DNA of 64,000 nt from Longimicrobiales bacterium (GTDB lineage Bacteria > Gemmatimonadota > Gemmatimonadetes > Longimicrobiales > Gaopeijiaceae). Below the pieces are notes generated by a model, which was given only the letters and a program-made list of their open reading frames with translations, did no database searches and was not told the DNA's origin. The DNA lies in NCBI GenBank assembly GCA_041690395.1, contig JAWLHJ010000005.1:32001-96000 (forward strand), written 5' to 3'. Position 1 is the stretch's first letter. Each line of letters opens with the position of its first letter. The translations under genes and the position numbers were made by a program. Shown here piece by piece: positions 38,761-47,483 of this stretch.

Positions 38761-40086
38761 ATGCTGAACCTTCGAAACACTCTCCGGACGTTGCTCGTCC
38801 CGGCCGCCGCGATCGCATTCGCGGCGTGCGGAGACGAGGAGCCCACTGGGCCCATCGACACGGGGCCCGACAACATCGCAGAAATCGCCCAGTCCACGGA
38901 CGACGTGAGCACGCTCGCCGCAGCGCTCGAGGCCGCCGGTCTCGTATCGGCGCTCGAGGGCGACGGACCCTTCACCGTCTTCGCACCGGTCAACAGCGCC
39001 TTCGCCGCCCTCGGCGACGACGTGGTCGCTGCGCTCCTGGAAGACGCCAACGCGGACCTGCTGTCCCGCATCCTGACCTTCCACGTCGTCTCGGGTACGG
39101 CCGCGTTCTCCGATGACCTCACCGACGGACAGACCGTCACGACGCTCGAGGGCAACGAGCTGACCATCGGCGTTTCCGGCAGCGGCGTGACCGTCAACGG
39201 CGCCGCTGTCACGACGGCCGACATCGAGGCCGAGAACGGCGTGATCCATCTGATCGACGGCGTGCTCGTGCCGCCGGTCGACATCGTCGAGCGGGCCATC
39301 CTGACGGCCGAGACCCAGACGCTGGTCGACGCGGTCGTGGCCGGTGACCTGGTCACGACGCTCCAGGGCGACGGGCCGTTCACGGTCTTCGCGCCGATCA
39401 ACGCGGCGTTCGAGGCGCTCGGCACCGACAAGCTGGACGTCCTGCTCGCGCCGGAGAACCAGGCGCTCCTGCAGAAGATCCTCACCTATCACGTGATCGC
39501 GGGTGACGTGCGTGCGGCCGACCTCGTCGACGGCGGCACCGCGACGACGGTCGAGGGCACCGAGGTGACGTTCGACCTCTCCGGCGAGACGCCGCTGGTC
39601 AACGGCGCGGGTATCATCGCGACCGACATCGTCACCGAGAACGGCGTCATCCACCTGATCGACGGCGTGCTCACCGAGAACGCGGACATCGTGGACGTGG
39701 CCGTGCTCAACGGCTTCGACACGCTGGTCGACCTCGTCGTCGAGGCGGACCTCGTGACCACGCTGCGGAGCGACAACGGCGGGGACGGCTTCACCGTCTT
39801 CGCGCCGACGGACGAGGCGTTCGCGGAGCTCGCCGCGGTTCCGACCGGCCAGGCGCTCGTCGACGTGCTGACCTACCACGTGGTCGGCGCGACCGTCGGC
39901 TCCGGGGACCTGTCCGACGGGCAGGTCGTGACCACCGTGGAGGGCAGCACCTTCACGGTGAACATCGACGGCTCGACCGTGACCATCACCGACGGAAGCG
40001 GAGCCACCGTGGGCGTCGTCCTGACGGACGTCCCGGCCGCGAACGGCGTGGTCCACGTGATCGACGGCGTGCTGCTCCCGAGCTGA
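38761..40086 (+). CDS. Lipoprotein with three tandem fasciclin (FAS1) domains
   Basis: Lipobox FAAC and three copies of FTVFAP...AF, LT(F/Y)HV and NGV(I/V)H(L/V)IDGVL. The repeats are also visible at DNA level. Confidence 0.95.
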   Translation: MLNLRNTLRTLLVPAAAIAFAACGDEEPTGPIDTGPDNIAEIAQSTDDVSTLAAALEAAGLVSALEGDGPFTVFAPVNSAFAALGDDVVAALLEDANADLLSRILTFHVVSGTAAFSDDLTDGQTVTTLEGNELTIGVSGSGVTVNGAAVTTADIEAENGVIHLIDGVLVPPVDIVERAILTAETQTLVDAVVAGDLVTTLQGDGPFTVFAPINAAFEALGTDKLDVLLAPENQALLQKILTYHVIAGDVRAADLVDGGTATTVEGTEVTFDLSGETPLVNGAGIIATDIVTENGVIHLIDGVLTENADIVDVAVLNGFDTLVDLVVEADLVTTLRSDNGGDGFTVFAPTDEAFAELAAVPTGQALVDVLTYHVVGATVGSGDLSDGQVVTTVEGSTFTVNIDGSTVTITDGSGATVGVVLTDVPAANGVVHVIDGVLLPS

Positions 40087-40114
40087 CGCGCCCGAGTTGA
40101 AGGACCTGGAGGGG

Positions 40115-41038
40115 TTACGCCCCGTCCGGCTTCGTGCCGGGCGGGGCGACCCCCGACGGGCTCTCACGCGGCGGCACGACCCCCGAGAGCCCAACCCCCG
40201 CGAGACAGGCCCAGACGAGGGCCGCCGAGCGTGCTCCGCCTTCTCCCAGGAAGAGCCCCTGCCCGCCCACGAGGAGCGCGACCGCGATGCCCCAGCGGAC
40301 TCGAACGACCGAGAGCGGCTCGCCCGTCGCGTCGCACGTCGACTGGAGGGAGCGGGTCGAGAGCGAGCGGTGGAGCACCAGCGTCGCTACGGCGCCAGCG
40401 CCCACCAGCAGCCAGACTGAAGGGACGTCGACGACGAGTGGGCTGGAGACCACGCGGTCCTGCCCCGCTGCGCCACTGGCGAGCGCCGCGACCATCATCA
40501 GGCACATGGCCGCGAAGCCCCACTGCCGCCGGCGCCCGTCCGGGAGCCATGCGTCCAGGCCGAACGCGAGAGCCGCCACGACCCCGACCGCCGGACTCCC
40601 GGTGTCGGCCACTGCCCACCCGCTGAGGCCCAACACGACAATGGAGTCCAACGTCGTGGCCGGCGGCCCGACCGTCCGGTTCACCAGACGGGTGAGCATG
40701 AGCATGGCGAAAAGCAGGACCAGGCTCACGCCCGGGACGGTCAGGAGCGTCGCGAAGCCGAGCGTCAGTGCGACGAAGGCCGCTCTCTGGTCGTCCGGCG
40801 CCAGCTCCCGCCCGACGGCCCAGCTGCCGAGCACCGTGCCTGCGCCGAGTGCCGCGGCCCACAGACGCGACGTTCCGGCGAGTCCCGGAGCCCACCAGGT
40901 CGCCGCGACGGCCGTGATCAGCGCGCCCGCCGGCATGAGCGCCAGAACGGCGCGATTCGTCGGCCAGCTCGGATCGAGCGGCCTCCCGAGCGTGCTGACG
41001 CCACGGAGCGCGTCGAGTGGAGATGCGTGGTCAGGCAC
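40115..41038 (-). CDS. Hypothetical multi-pass membrane protein
   Basis: About 9-10 hydrophobic segments, with LGRPLDP, TNRA, WAVGRELAPD and RLVNRTVG. Confidence 0.75.
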   Translation of the reverse strand: MPDHASPLDALRGVSTLGRPLDPSWPTNRAVLALMPAGALITAVAATWWAPGLAGTSRLWAAALGAGTVLGSWAVGRELAPDDQRAAFVALTLGFATLLTVPGVSLVLLFAMLMLTRLVNRTVGPPATTLDSIVVLGLSGWAVADTGSPAVGVVAALAFGLDAWLPDGRRRQWGFAAMCLMMVAALASGAAGQDRVVSSPLVVDVPSVWLLVGAGAVATLVLHRSLSTRSLQSTCDATGEPLSVVRVRWGIAVALLVGGQGLFLGEGGARSAALVWACLAGVGLSGVVPPRESPSGVAPPGTKPDGA

Positions 41039-41360
41039 GGAATTTCCCGTAGATTGCGGTTTCGGGCACTTCGAGCGGAGGACGGGCCACCGTCACGAAA
41101 CTGACGGACGACGAGCGAGTGCGCGAGATGGTCGTCCGGCTCCCGTGGGCGGCCACGGACGGGTCCGCGCCCGACGGTGTGGTACCCGGCTGCCCACCCC
41201 CGGCCTGAGCGCCGCCGACCCGGACAGCCCGGTTCTCCGGGGCCGGCCTTTTAACGTCTCGGCCCTCCCGGCTGTCCATGTGTATGCCGCGGACGACCTT
41301 CATCCGCGTCCCGTCTTCTTCGACCTTCCCCGGCCTTCGGGCCGCAGGACCAGGATATAG

Positions 41361-42887
41361 ATGTCGTCGTGTCTCACCCCGGGTCGCGCGCGCGGCCTTC
41401 GCGCGTGGCTCGTGCTCGTGCCGGTCTTCGCTCTCGCGGCGCCGCTCGCCGCCCAGTCCACGGATCTCGCCGACGGGCCCGAAGCCCTCACCCTCGAAGA
41501 GGCGGTCGGGTTGGCGCGGGACCACAACCCCGATTTCCGCATTCAGCGGCAGCAGCTCCGCACCGCCGACATCGCGATCAGCAACGCGCGAGGCGACCTC
41601 CTGCCGAATGCGAGCGTCTCGAACAGCTACGGATACCAGGCCCAGGGCGAGCGCAGGGCGGGATCGGTCGTGCTCGGCACTCAGCCGGACTTCTATAGCT
41701 CATCTTACTCGCTCAACCTGTCCTACTCGCTGAGCGGCCAGTCGCTGCTTCGTCCCGGCCAGGCCGGAACGGAGGCCAGGGCGGCCGAGGCCCGGGTCCG
41801 GGGCGCCGGCGTGGCGCTCGACGCCGAGGTGACGGTCGCGTACCTCGCGGCGCTGGAGGCCGACGCCCAGGTCGTGCAGGCGCGCAACGCGCTCGAGCGC
41901 ACGCGCCTCGCCGTCGCGCAGGCGACCGCGCAGGTCGAGGTGGGGGCCGCGACACCGCTCGACATCCGCAGGGCCCAAGTCCAGGAAGGACAGGCCGAGG
42001 TCGTGCTCGTGACGAGCGAGAACGCCGCGGCCGCCGCCCGCGCGGCGCTCGGGCAGGTGGTCGGGGTCATACTCGAGGACGACGTGGCGCTCGTCACCGG
42101 GTTCGAGATCTTCACCCCGGCGCTGGACGCGGAGGATCTTCTCGGGCGCGCGCTCGGCACCAACCCGGTCATCCAGGCGTCACGCCTCTCGCATGACGTG
42201 ACCCGGTCCCAGGTCCGGTCGGCGCAGAGCCAGTTCTTCCCGACGATCTCGTTCTCGGCCGGAATCAGCGGATCGGTCTTCCAGGCCGGCAACCTGGATC
42301 CGCTGATCAATCAGGAGATGGGGAGTCAGGCCGGTCGGTACGACTCGTGCCTCGAGGACAACCGGATCCGTGCCCTCCTCGGAGACGCGCCTCGTGACTG
42401 CGCCAGCCTGAACCCTACGCTCCCGGCCGTGGAGGCCTCGATCCGCGACCGGATCGAGACGGAGAACAGCGGTTTCCCGTTCGGCTATCGCCGGAATCCG
42501 CTCAACCTCTCGCTCAACATCTCGCTGCCGCTCTTCACGGGCTTCTCGAGGCGAAACCAGGTGCAGTCGGCTCGCGTGGCGCAGACCAACGCGTCGGAGC
42601 AGGTGCGGACCCAGGAGCTGAGGCTGCGCTCGGAGGTCTCCACGGCGGTCCGGAACGTGGAGACCGCCCGCAGGACCGTGGAGCTCCAGGCCCGTATCCG
42701 GGAGACCTCGACGGAAGAGCTCGAGCTGGCACAGGAGCGTTTCGCGCTCGGTCTGGCCTCGTCCATCGAGGTGGCCGATGCGCAGGCCAACCTCTCGCAG
42801 GCCGAGCGCGACGAGATCACGGCGCTCTACGCGTTCCACAGATCGATCGTGGAGCTGGAAGCACTGGTGGGCGGACCCATTCGATGA
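41361..42887 (+). CDS. TolC family outer membrane efflux protein with a CX16C loop insertion
   Basis: LTLEEAVGLARDHNP, OEP repeats, LPLFTGF and ERFALG. Confidence 0.9.
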   Translation: MSSCLTPGRARGLRAWLVLVPVFALAAPLAAQSTDLADGPEALTLEEAVGLARDHNPDFRIQRQQLRTADIAISNARGDLLPNASVSNSYGYQAQGERRAGSVVLGTQPDFYSSSYSLNLSYSLSGQSLLRPGQAGTEARAAEARVRGAGVALDAEVTVAYLAALEADAQVVQARNALERTRLAVAQATAQVEVGAATPLDIRRAQVQEGQAEVVLVTSENAAAAARAALGQVVGVILEDDVALVTGFEIFTPALDAEDLLGRALGTNPVIQASRLSHDVTRSQVRSAQSQFFPTISFSAGISGSVFQAGNLDPLINQEMGSQAGRYDSCLEDNRIRALLGDAPRDCASLNPTLPAVEASIRDRIETENSGFPFGYRRNPLNLSLNISLPLFTGFSRRNQVQSARVAQTNASEQVRTQELRLRSEVSTAVRNVETARRTVELQARIRETSTEELELAQERFALGLASSIEVADAQANLSQAERDEITALYAFHRSIVELEALVGGPIR

Positions 42888-42958
42888 GACGCGGCGGAAG
42901 CTCCGCCCCTGACGACACCGACGAACACGAGGGGGACCGCGACGGTCCCGGGCAATAC

Positions 42959-44170
42959 ATGACGCACTCGACCGTACACCACCGACACGACCATCCTTCA
43001 GGCCGGCGCGCCCGGACGGCATCGGCCGTGCGAGCCGCCGCGGCCGCGCTGCTGTTGGCCGGTGCCCTTTCCGCCTGCGGGTCCGGCGAGGACGCCGAGG
43101 CCGCGGCCCGCCCCCAGGGACCCGGCGGACCGGGTGGCCCGGGCGCGGGTGCCGGGGCCGGTGCCCGCGCCACGCCCGTCACGGCCAGGGTCGTCGAGAC
43201 GGGCGACCTCGAAGTGACGCTGCGGGGGTCGACCAACCTTCAGGCTCGCGAGCGGATCGACCTCGTGCCCAAGCAGGCCGGTGTGGTCATGGAGGTCCTG
43301 GTCGAGGAAGGTGACCGCGTGCAGGCCGGCCAGGTGCTCGCACGCCTCGACGACGAGGAGTGGCGGCTCCAGGCCGAGCAGTCGGATGCCCGTGCGACGG
43401 CCGCCCGCGAGGCGGCCAATCGGGCAAGCCGGCTCCAGGAGATGGACCTCGTCTCCGAGCAGGAGGTCGAGCGGCTCGTCTCCGAGGCGCGCGTCGCCGA
43501 GGCGGAGGTCGGGCTCGCGAGGCTGCGCGTCGAGAACGCATCGCTGAGGGCGCCCTTCGCGGGCACGGTCACGCACCGGTACATCGAGCGGGGCCAGCAG
43601 GTGAACACGACGAACCCGGCGTTCGGACTGGCCGACCTCGACCGACTCGAGGCGCTCGTCGCGATTCCGGAGCGCGAGGCTTCGCGCGTCGTGGTAGGAC
43701 AGGTCGTCCGGATCCTTCTCCAGGAGGGTGCGGAACCCGTCGCGAACGGTGTGGTGGAGCGGATCCGCCCGGTCGTCGACGCGGCCAGCGGCACGGTGCA
43801 GGTGACGGTCACGGTCCCGGCCGCCTCGGGTGGAGCCACCCTCCGTCCGGGACAGTTCGTGAACGTCGACGTGGTCACCGAGACGCTCACCGGACGCATC
43901 ACGCTGCCGCGGACGAGCGTCCTGGTAGACGGCGCTGCTCCCCGCGTCTTCGTCGTGCAGGACGGGCAGGCCATGGAGCAGGAGGTGACGCTCGGCTACT
44001 CGCGCGGCGACCGGGTCGAGATCCAGACGGGCGTGAGCGCGGGTGACACCGTGGTCATCGTCGGACAGGACAACCTGAGAAACGGGGCCTCCGTTCGGAT
44101 CATGGAGTTGCTCGGAGCCGCCGCGGAGCAGCCGGTGACCGACGACGGCACGGAAGGCGCGACCCAGTGA
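42959..44170 (+). CDS. RND efflux periplasmic adaptor (MFP) lipoprotein
   Basis: Lipobox LSAC, VEEGDRV, APFAGTV and LRPGQF. Start uncertain. Confidence 0.92.
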   Translation: MTHSTVHHRHDHPSGRRARTASAVRAAAAALLLAGALSACGSGEDAEAAARPQGPGGPGGPGAGAGAGARATPVTARVVETGDLEVTLRGSTNLQARERIDLVPKQAGVVMEVLVEEGDRVQAGQVLARLDDEEWRLQAEQSDARATAAREAANRASRLQEMDLVSEQEVERLVSEARVAEAEVGLARLRVENASLRAPFAGTVTHRYIERGQQVNTTNPAFGLADLDRLEALVAIPEREASRVVVGQVVRILLQEGAEPVANGVVERIRPVVDAASGTVQVTVTVPAASGGATLRPGQFVNVDVVTETLTGRITLPRTSVLVDGAAPRVFVVQDGQAMEQEVTLGYSRGDRVEIQTGVSAGDTVVIVGQDNLRNGASVRIMELLGAAAEQPVTDDGTEGATQ

Positions 44171-47100
44171 AGCTCGTCGACCTGTCGGTGACCCGCCCGG
44201 TCGCCGTCACGATGGCGTTCGTCGCGGTCATGGTGTTCGGCTTCGTGTCGTACTCCAGGCTGCAGATGGATCTCCTGCCGGACCTGTCGTTCCCCACGAT
44301 CTCGATCGAGACCGAGTACGCCGGGGTGGGTCCGCGCGAGATGGAGACGCTCGTCTCTCAGCCCATCGAGGAGGCCGTCGCCGTCGTGCAGGGCGTCCGT
44401 CAGGTGACGTCCCGGTCGCGTCCCGGCCGCTCCGACATCACGCTCCAGTTCCGGTGGGGCACCGACATGGACTTCGCGGCCCTCGACCTGCGCGAGCGGC
44501 TCGACCTGATCAACCTCCCCCCGGGAGCCGGCCGCCCCACCCTGGCGCGCTACGATCCGGCTTCGGAGCCCGTGGTCCGCTTCGCGCTCGTGTCGGGCCG
44601 GCCGCTCGACCCGCGGGTCGCGGTCGATCGCCAGGAACTCATCGCGCTGCGGTGGGTCGCCGAGGAGCAGGTCCGCCGCGCGCTCGAGGGCATCGAGGGC
44701 GTCGCGGCGGTCCGCATCAACGGAGGGCTCGAGGAGGAGATCCTCGTCGAGGTCGACGAGGACCGGCTGACACAGCTCGGCATCCCGTTCAGTCAGGTCG
44801 CCGACCGGCTCGCCTCGGAGAACATCAATCTGGCCGGCGGCATCCTCGAGGAGGGAGAGGCCGAGTACGTCGTCCGCACCGTGAACGAGTTCGGGGCGCC
44901 CGACGAGATGCTCCGCGTCGTGGTGGGCACGGCGGGCGGACAGACGATCCTCCTCCAGGACGTGGCCACCATCCGGCGGGACGCGGTCGACCGGGAGACG
45001 CTCTCGCTCGTGAACGGAAACGAGGCGGTCGAGATCGCGGTCCTGCGTGAGTCGGCGGCCAACGTCGTCACGCTTTCACGCGCGGTGCGCACCCGTCTCG
45101 GCACACTGCAGAACGACCTGCCGGACGGCGTCTCCACGGTCATCGTGACGGACCAGGCCGTGTTCATCGAGCGCGCGGTGGGCGACGTGCGTCTCGCGGC
45201 CTTGCTCGGCGGCGGCTTCGCCATGCTGATCCTGCTGCTCTTCCTGCGGCACCTTCCGACCACGCTCATCGTGGCGACCGCGATCCCGATCTCGGTCATC
45301 GCCACGTTTATCCTGATGTTCTCGCGGGACATCACACTGAACGTCATGTCGCTCGGCGGATTGGCCCTCGGTGTGGGCATGCTGGTCGACAGCGCGATCG
45401 TGGTTCTCGAGTCGATCGCGCGCGAGCGTGACGCGGGGCTGGACCCCGTCGACGCCGCGCGCGCGGGTACCGACCGCGTCGGCCGGGCCGTGGTGGCGTC
45501 GACCCTCACGACGGTGGCCGTCTTCCTGCCCATCGTCTTCGTCCAGGGGATCGCCGGGCAGCTGTTCGGGGACCAGGCATGGACCGTCTCCTTCGCGTTG
45601 GTGGCTTCGCTGCTGGTCGCGCTCACCCTGATTCCGATGCTGGCCGGCCGGGGTGAGGGGGCGAGAGCGCGTCTGGGCACGAGTCCGACGGAAGGATCCG
45701 AGGCCCGCGCGTCCGGTTCGATCGGCCCGGTCGGGAACGCCCTCGCCCTGGGAGGCGGGACGTTCCTGCGGCTCTTCAGCGCGACCGGGAACGGCGGGGC
45801 ACGCATCCTGGCTCCGGTCGCGAACGGGTTCGATCGCGTGTATGGTGCCATCGAGGACCGCTACCCCGGCGTGCTTCGGGATCTCGTGCGTCGGCCGGTC
45901 CTCGTCCTCGGCGTGGCGCTCGCCACGCTGGTCGGGGGTGGCCTGCTGATGCTCCGGGTAGGCGTCTCGCTCGTGCCCGAGCTCTCGCAGGGTGAGCTCG
46001 TCGTGGAGCTCGAGGCTTCGCCGGGGACGAGTCTGTTGCGCATGGAGGAGCTCGCCCGCGGCGCTGAAGCCGCGGCGTTGGAGCTCCCCACGGTGGAGGA
46101 GATCTTCACGAACGTCGGGGTCCGCGGAGGCGCCGGCACGCTCGGACGGACCGGTGAGCTCGAGCGCCATGCGGCTACGCTGCTCGTCCGTCTCGCCGAG
46201 GGAGCGGAATCGGAGGACCAGGTCATCGACGAGCTCCAGGAGCGGCTCGCGACCATGCCCGGTGTGCAGGTACGCGTCGACCGCCCCCGACTCTTCACCG
46301 TCAACGCGCCGGTCGAGGTGGAGGTGCGGGGCTTCGACCTGAATCTGCTCGAGGAGATCGCGGGGGACGTGCGGAGCCGGCTCCGTACCGTGGCCGGCAT
46401 CGAGGGCGTCGAGGAGGAGCGGAGGGCGGGAACGCCGGAGATCTCCGTTCAGTTCGACCGCGAGCGGCTGGCCAGGCAGGGGCTCACCATCGGCGACGCC
46501 GCCGAGGCGCTGCAGGCGCGCGTGCAGGGCGCCGCAGCGACGGAGTTCACCGAGCGCGACCGGGACCTCACCGTTCTCGTACGGGCTCGGGAGAACCAGC
46601 GCACCACGCTGGAGGACCTGTCGCAGCTTCGCCTCCAGACCCCGGGCGGAGGCTCCGTGCAGCTGAGCGCCGTCGCCGATCTGGGCTTCCAGGACGGGCC
46701 GGCCGAGATCATCCGGCGGGGCGGCTCACGGGTGGCGCTCGTGGAGGCGAGGCCGGCCGGCACCGACCTCGCCGGAGCCATCGAGCGGATCGGCGCGGAG
46801 ATGGACGAGCTCGTGCTGCCGCGCGACATCACGGTGGCCGTAGCCGGACAGTCCAGGGATCTCCAGGAGTCCGTGCGGTCGATGCAGCTCGCGCTGTTGC
46901 TCGCCGTCTTCCTCGTCTATCTCGTCATGGCGAGCCAGTTCGAGTCGTTCCGCCTTCCGTTCGTCATCCTGGCGTCGGTTCCGCTCGCCCTCCCTGGCGC
47001 CATCGCGGCTCTCTGGGTCAGCGGCAACTCGATCTCGGTGGTCGCGCTGATCGGCATGGTCATGCTGGTCGGTATCGTGGTCAACAACGGGATCGTGCTC

Positions 47101-47478
47101 GTGGACTACGTGAACCAGCTGCGTCGCGACGAGGGCTACGAGCTCGATGCCGCGATCGTGCATGCCGCGAAGGTCCGGCTGCGCCCGATCCTGATGTCCA
47201 CGCTCACGACGGTGCTCGGACTGCTGCCCCTGGCGCTGATCCCCGGAGAAGGCGCAGAGCTCCGCGTCCCACTGGCGGTGCCGGTCATCGGCGGGCTGCT
47301 CTTCTCCACGCTGCTCACGCTGGTGGTGATCCCGACGCTGTACCGTATCGTGGAACTGCCCGGTGAGCGACGACGCGTCGAGAGCGGCGCAGGGGCAGGC
47401 GGCGAGAGCGCGACGGAAGGAACGCCCGAGCGGCCCACGTGGGCGCCCGGCGACTCCAGTATCACACAGGGAGCCTGA
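44167..47478 (+). CDS. RND efflux permease, subunit 1
   Basis: RPVAV, DLLPD, GMLVDSAIVVLE, GIVVNNGIV and RLRPILM. GTGA overlap. Confidence 0.95.
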   Translation: MKLVDLSVTRPVAVTMAFVAVMVFGFVSYSRLQMDLLPDLSFPTISIETEYAGVGPREMETLVSQPIEEAVAVVQGVRQVTSRSRPGRSDITLQFRWGTDMDFAALDLRERLDLINLPPGAGRPTLARYDPASEPVVRFALVSGRPLDPRVAVDRQELIALRWVAEEQVRRALEGIEGVAAVRINGGLEEEILVEVDEDRLTQLGIPFSQVADRLASENINLAGGILEEGEAEYVVRTVNEFGAPDEMLRVVVGTAGGQTILLQDVATIRRDAVDRETLSLVNGNEAVEIAVLRESAANVVTLSRAVRTRLGTLQNDLPDGVSTVIVTDQAVFIERAVGDVRLAALLGGGFAMLILLLFLRHLPTTLIVATAIPISVIATFILMFSRDITLNVMSLGGLALGVGMLVDSAIVVLESIARERDAGLDPVDAARAGTDRVGRAVVASTLTTVAVFLPIVFVQGIAGQLFGDQAWTVSFALVASLLVALTLIPMLAGRGEGARARLGTSPTEGSEARASGSIGPVGNALALGGGTFLRLFSATGNGGARILAPVANGFDRVYGAIEDRYPGVLRDLVRRPVLVLGVALATLVGGGLLMLRVGVSLVPELSQGELVVELEASPGTSLLRMEELARGAEAAALELPTVEEIFTNVGVRGGAGTLGRTGELERHAATLLVRLAEGAESEDQVIDELQERLATMPGVQVRVDRPRLFTVNAPVEVEVRGFDLNLLEEIAGDVRSRLRTVAGIEGVEEERRAGTPEISVQFDRERLARQGLTIGDAAEALQARVQGAAATEFTERDRDLTVLVRARENQRTTLEDLSQLRLQTPGGGSVQLSAVADLGFQDGPAEIIRRGGSRVALVEARPAGTDLAGAIERIGAEMDELVLPRDITVAVAGQSRDLQESVRSMQLALLLAVFLVYLVMASQFESFRLPFVILASVPLALPGAIAALWVSGNSISVVALIGMVMLVGIVVNNGIVLVDYVNQLRRDEGYELDAAIVHAAKVRLRPILMSTLTTVLGLLPLALIPGEGAELRVPLAVPVIGGLLFSTLLTLVVIPTLYRIVELPGERRRVESGAGAGGESATEGTPERPTWAPGDSSITQGA

Positions 47479-47483
47479 GCACC

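Noticed and set aside
38950..40080. Three dispersed direct repeats about 400 bp apart
   Set aside because: They are explained by tandem FAS1 domains. They are not a CRISPR array or a DGR template/variable pair, and there is no reverse transcriptase or cas gene.
43115..43170. GPGGPGGPGAGAGAGA low-complexity tract
   Set aside because: It is an ordinary flexible linker after the MFP lipobox.
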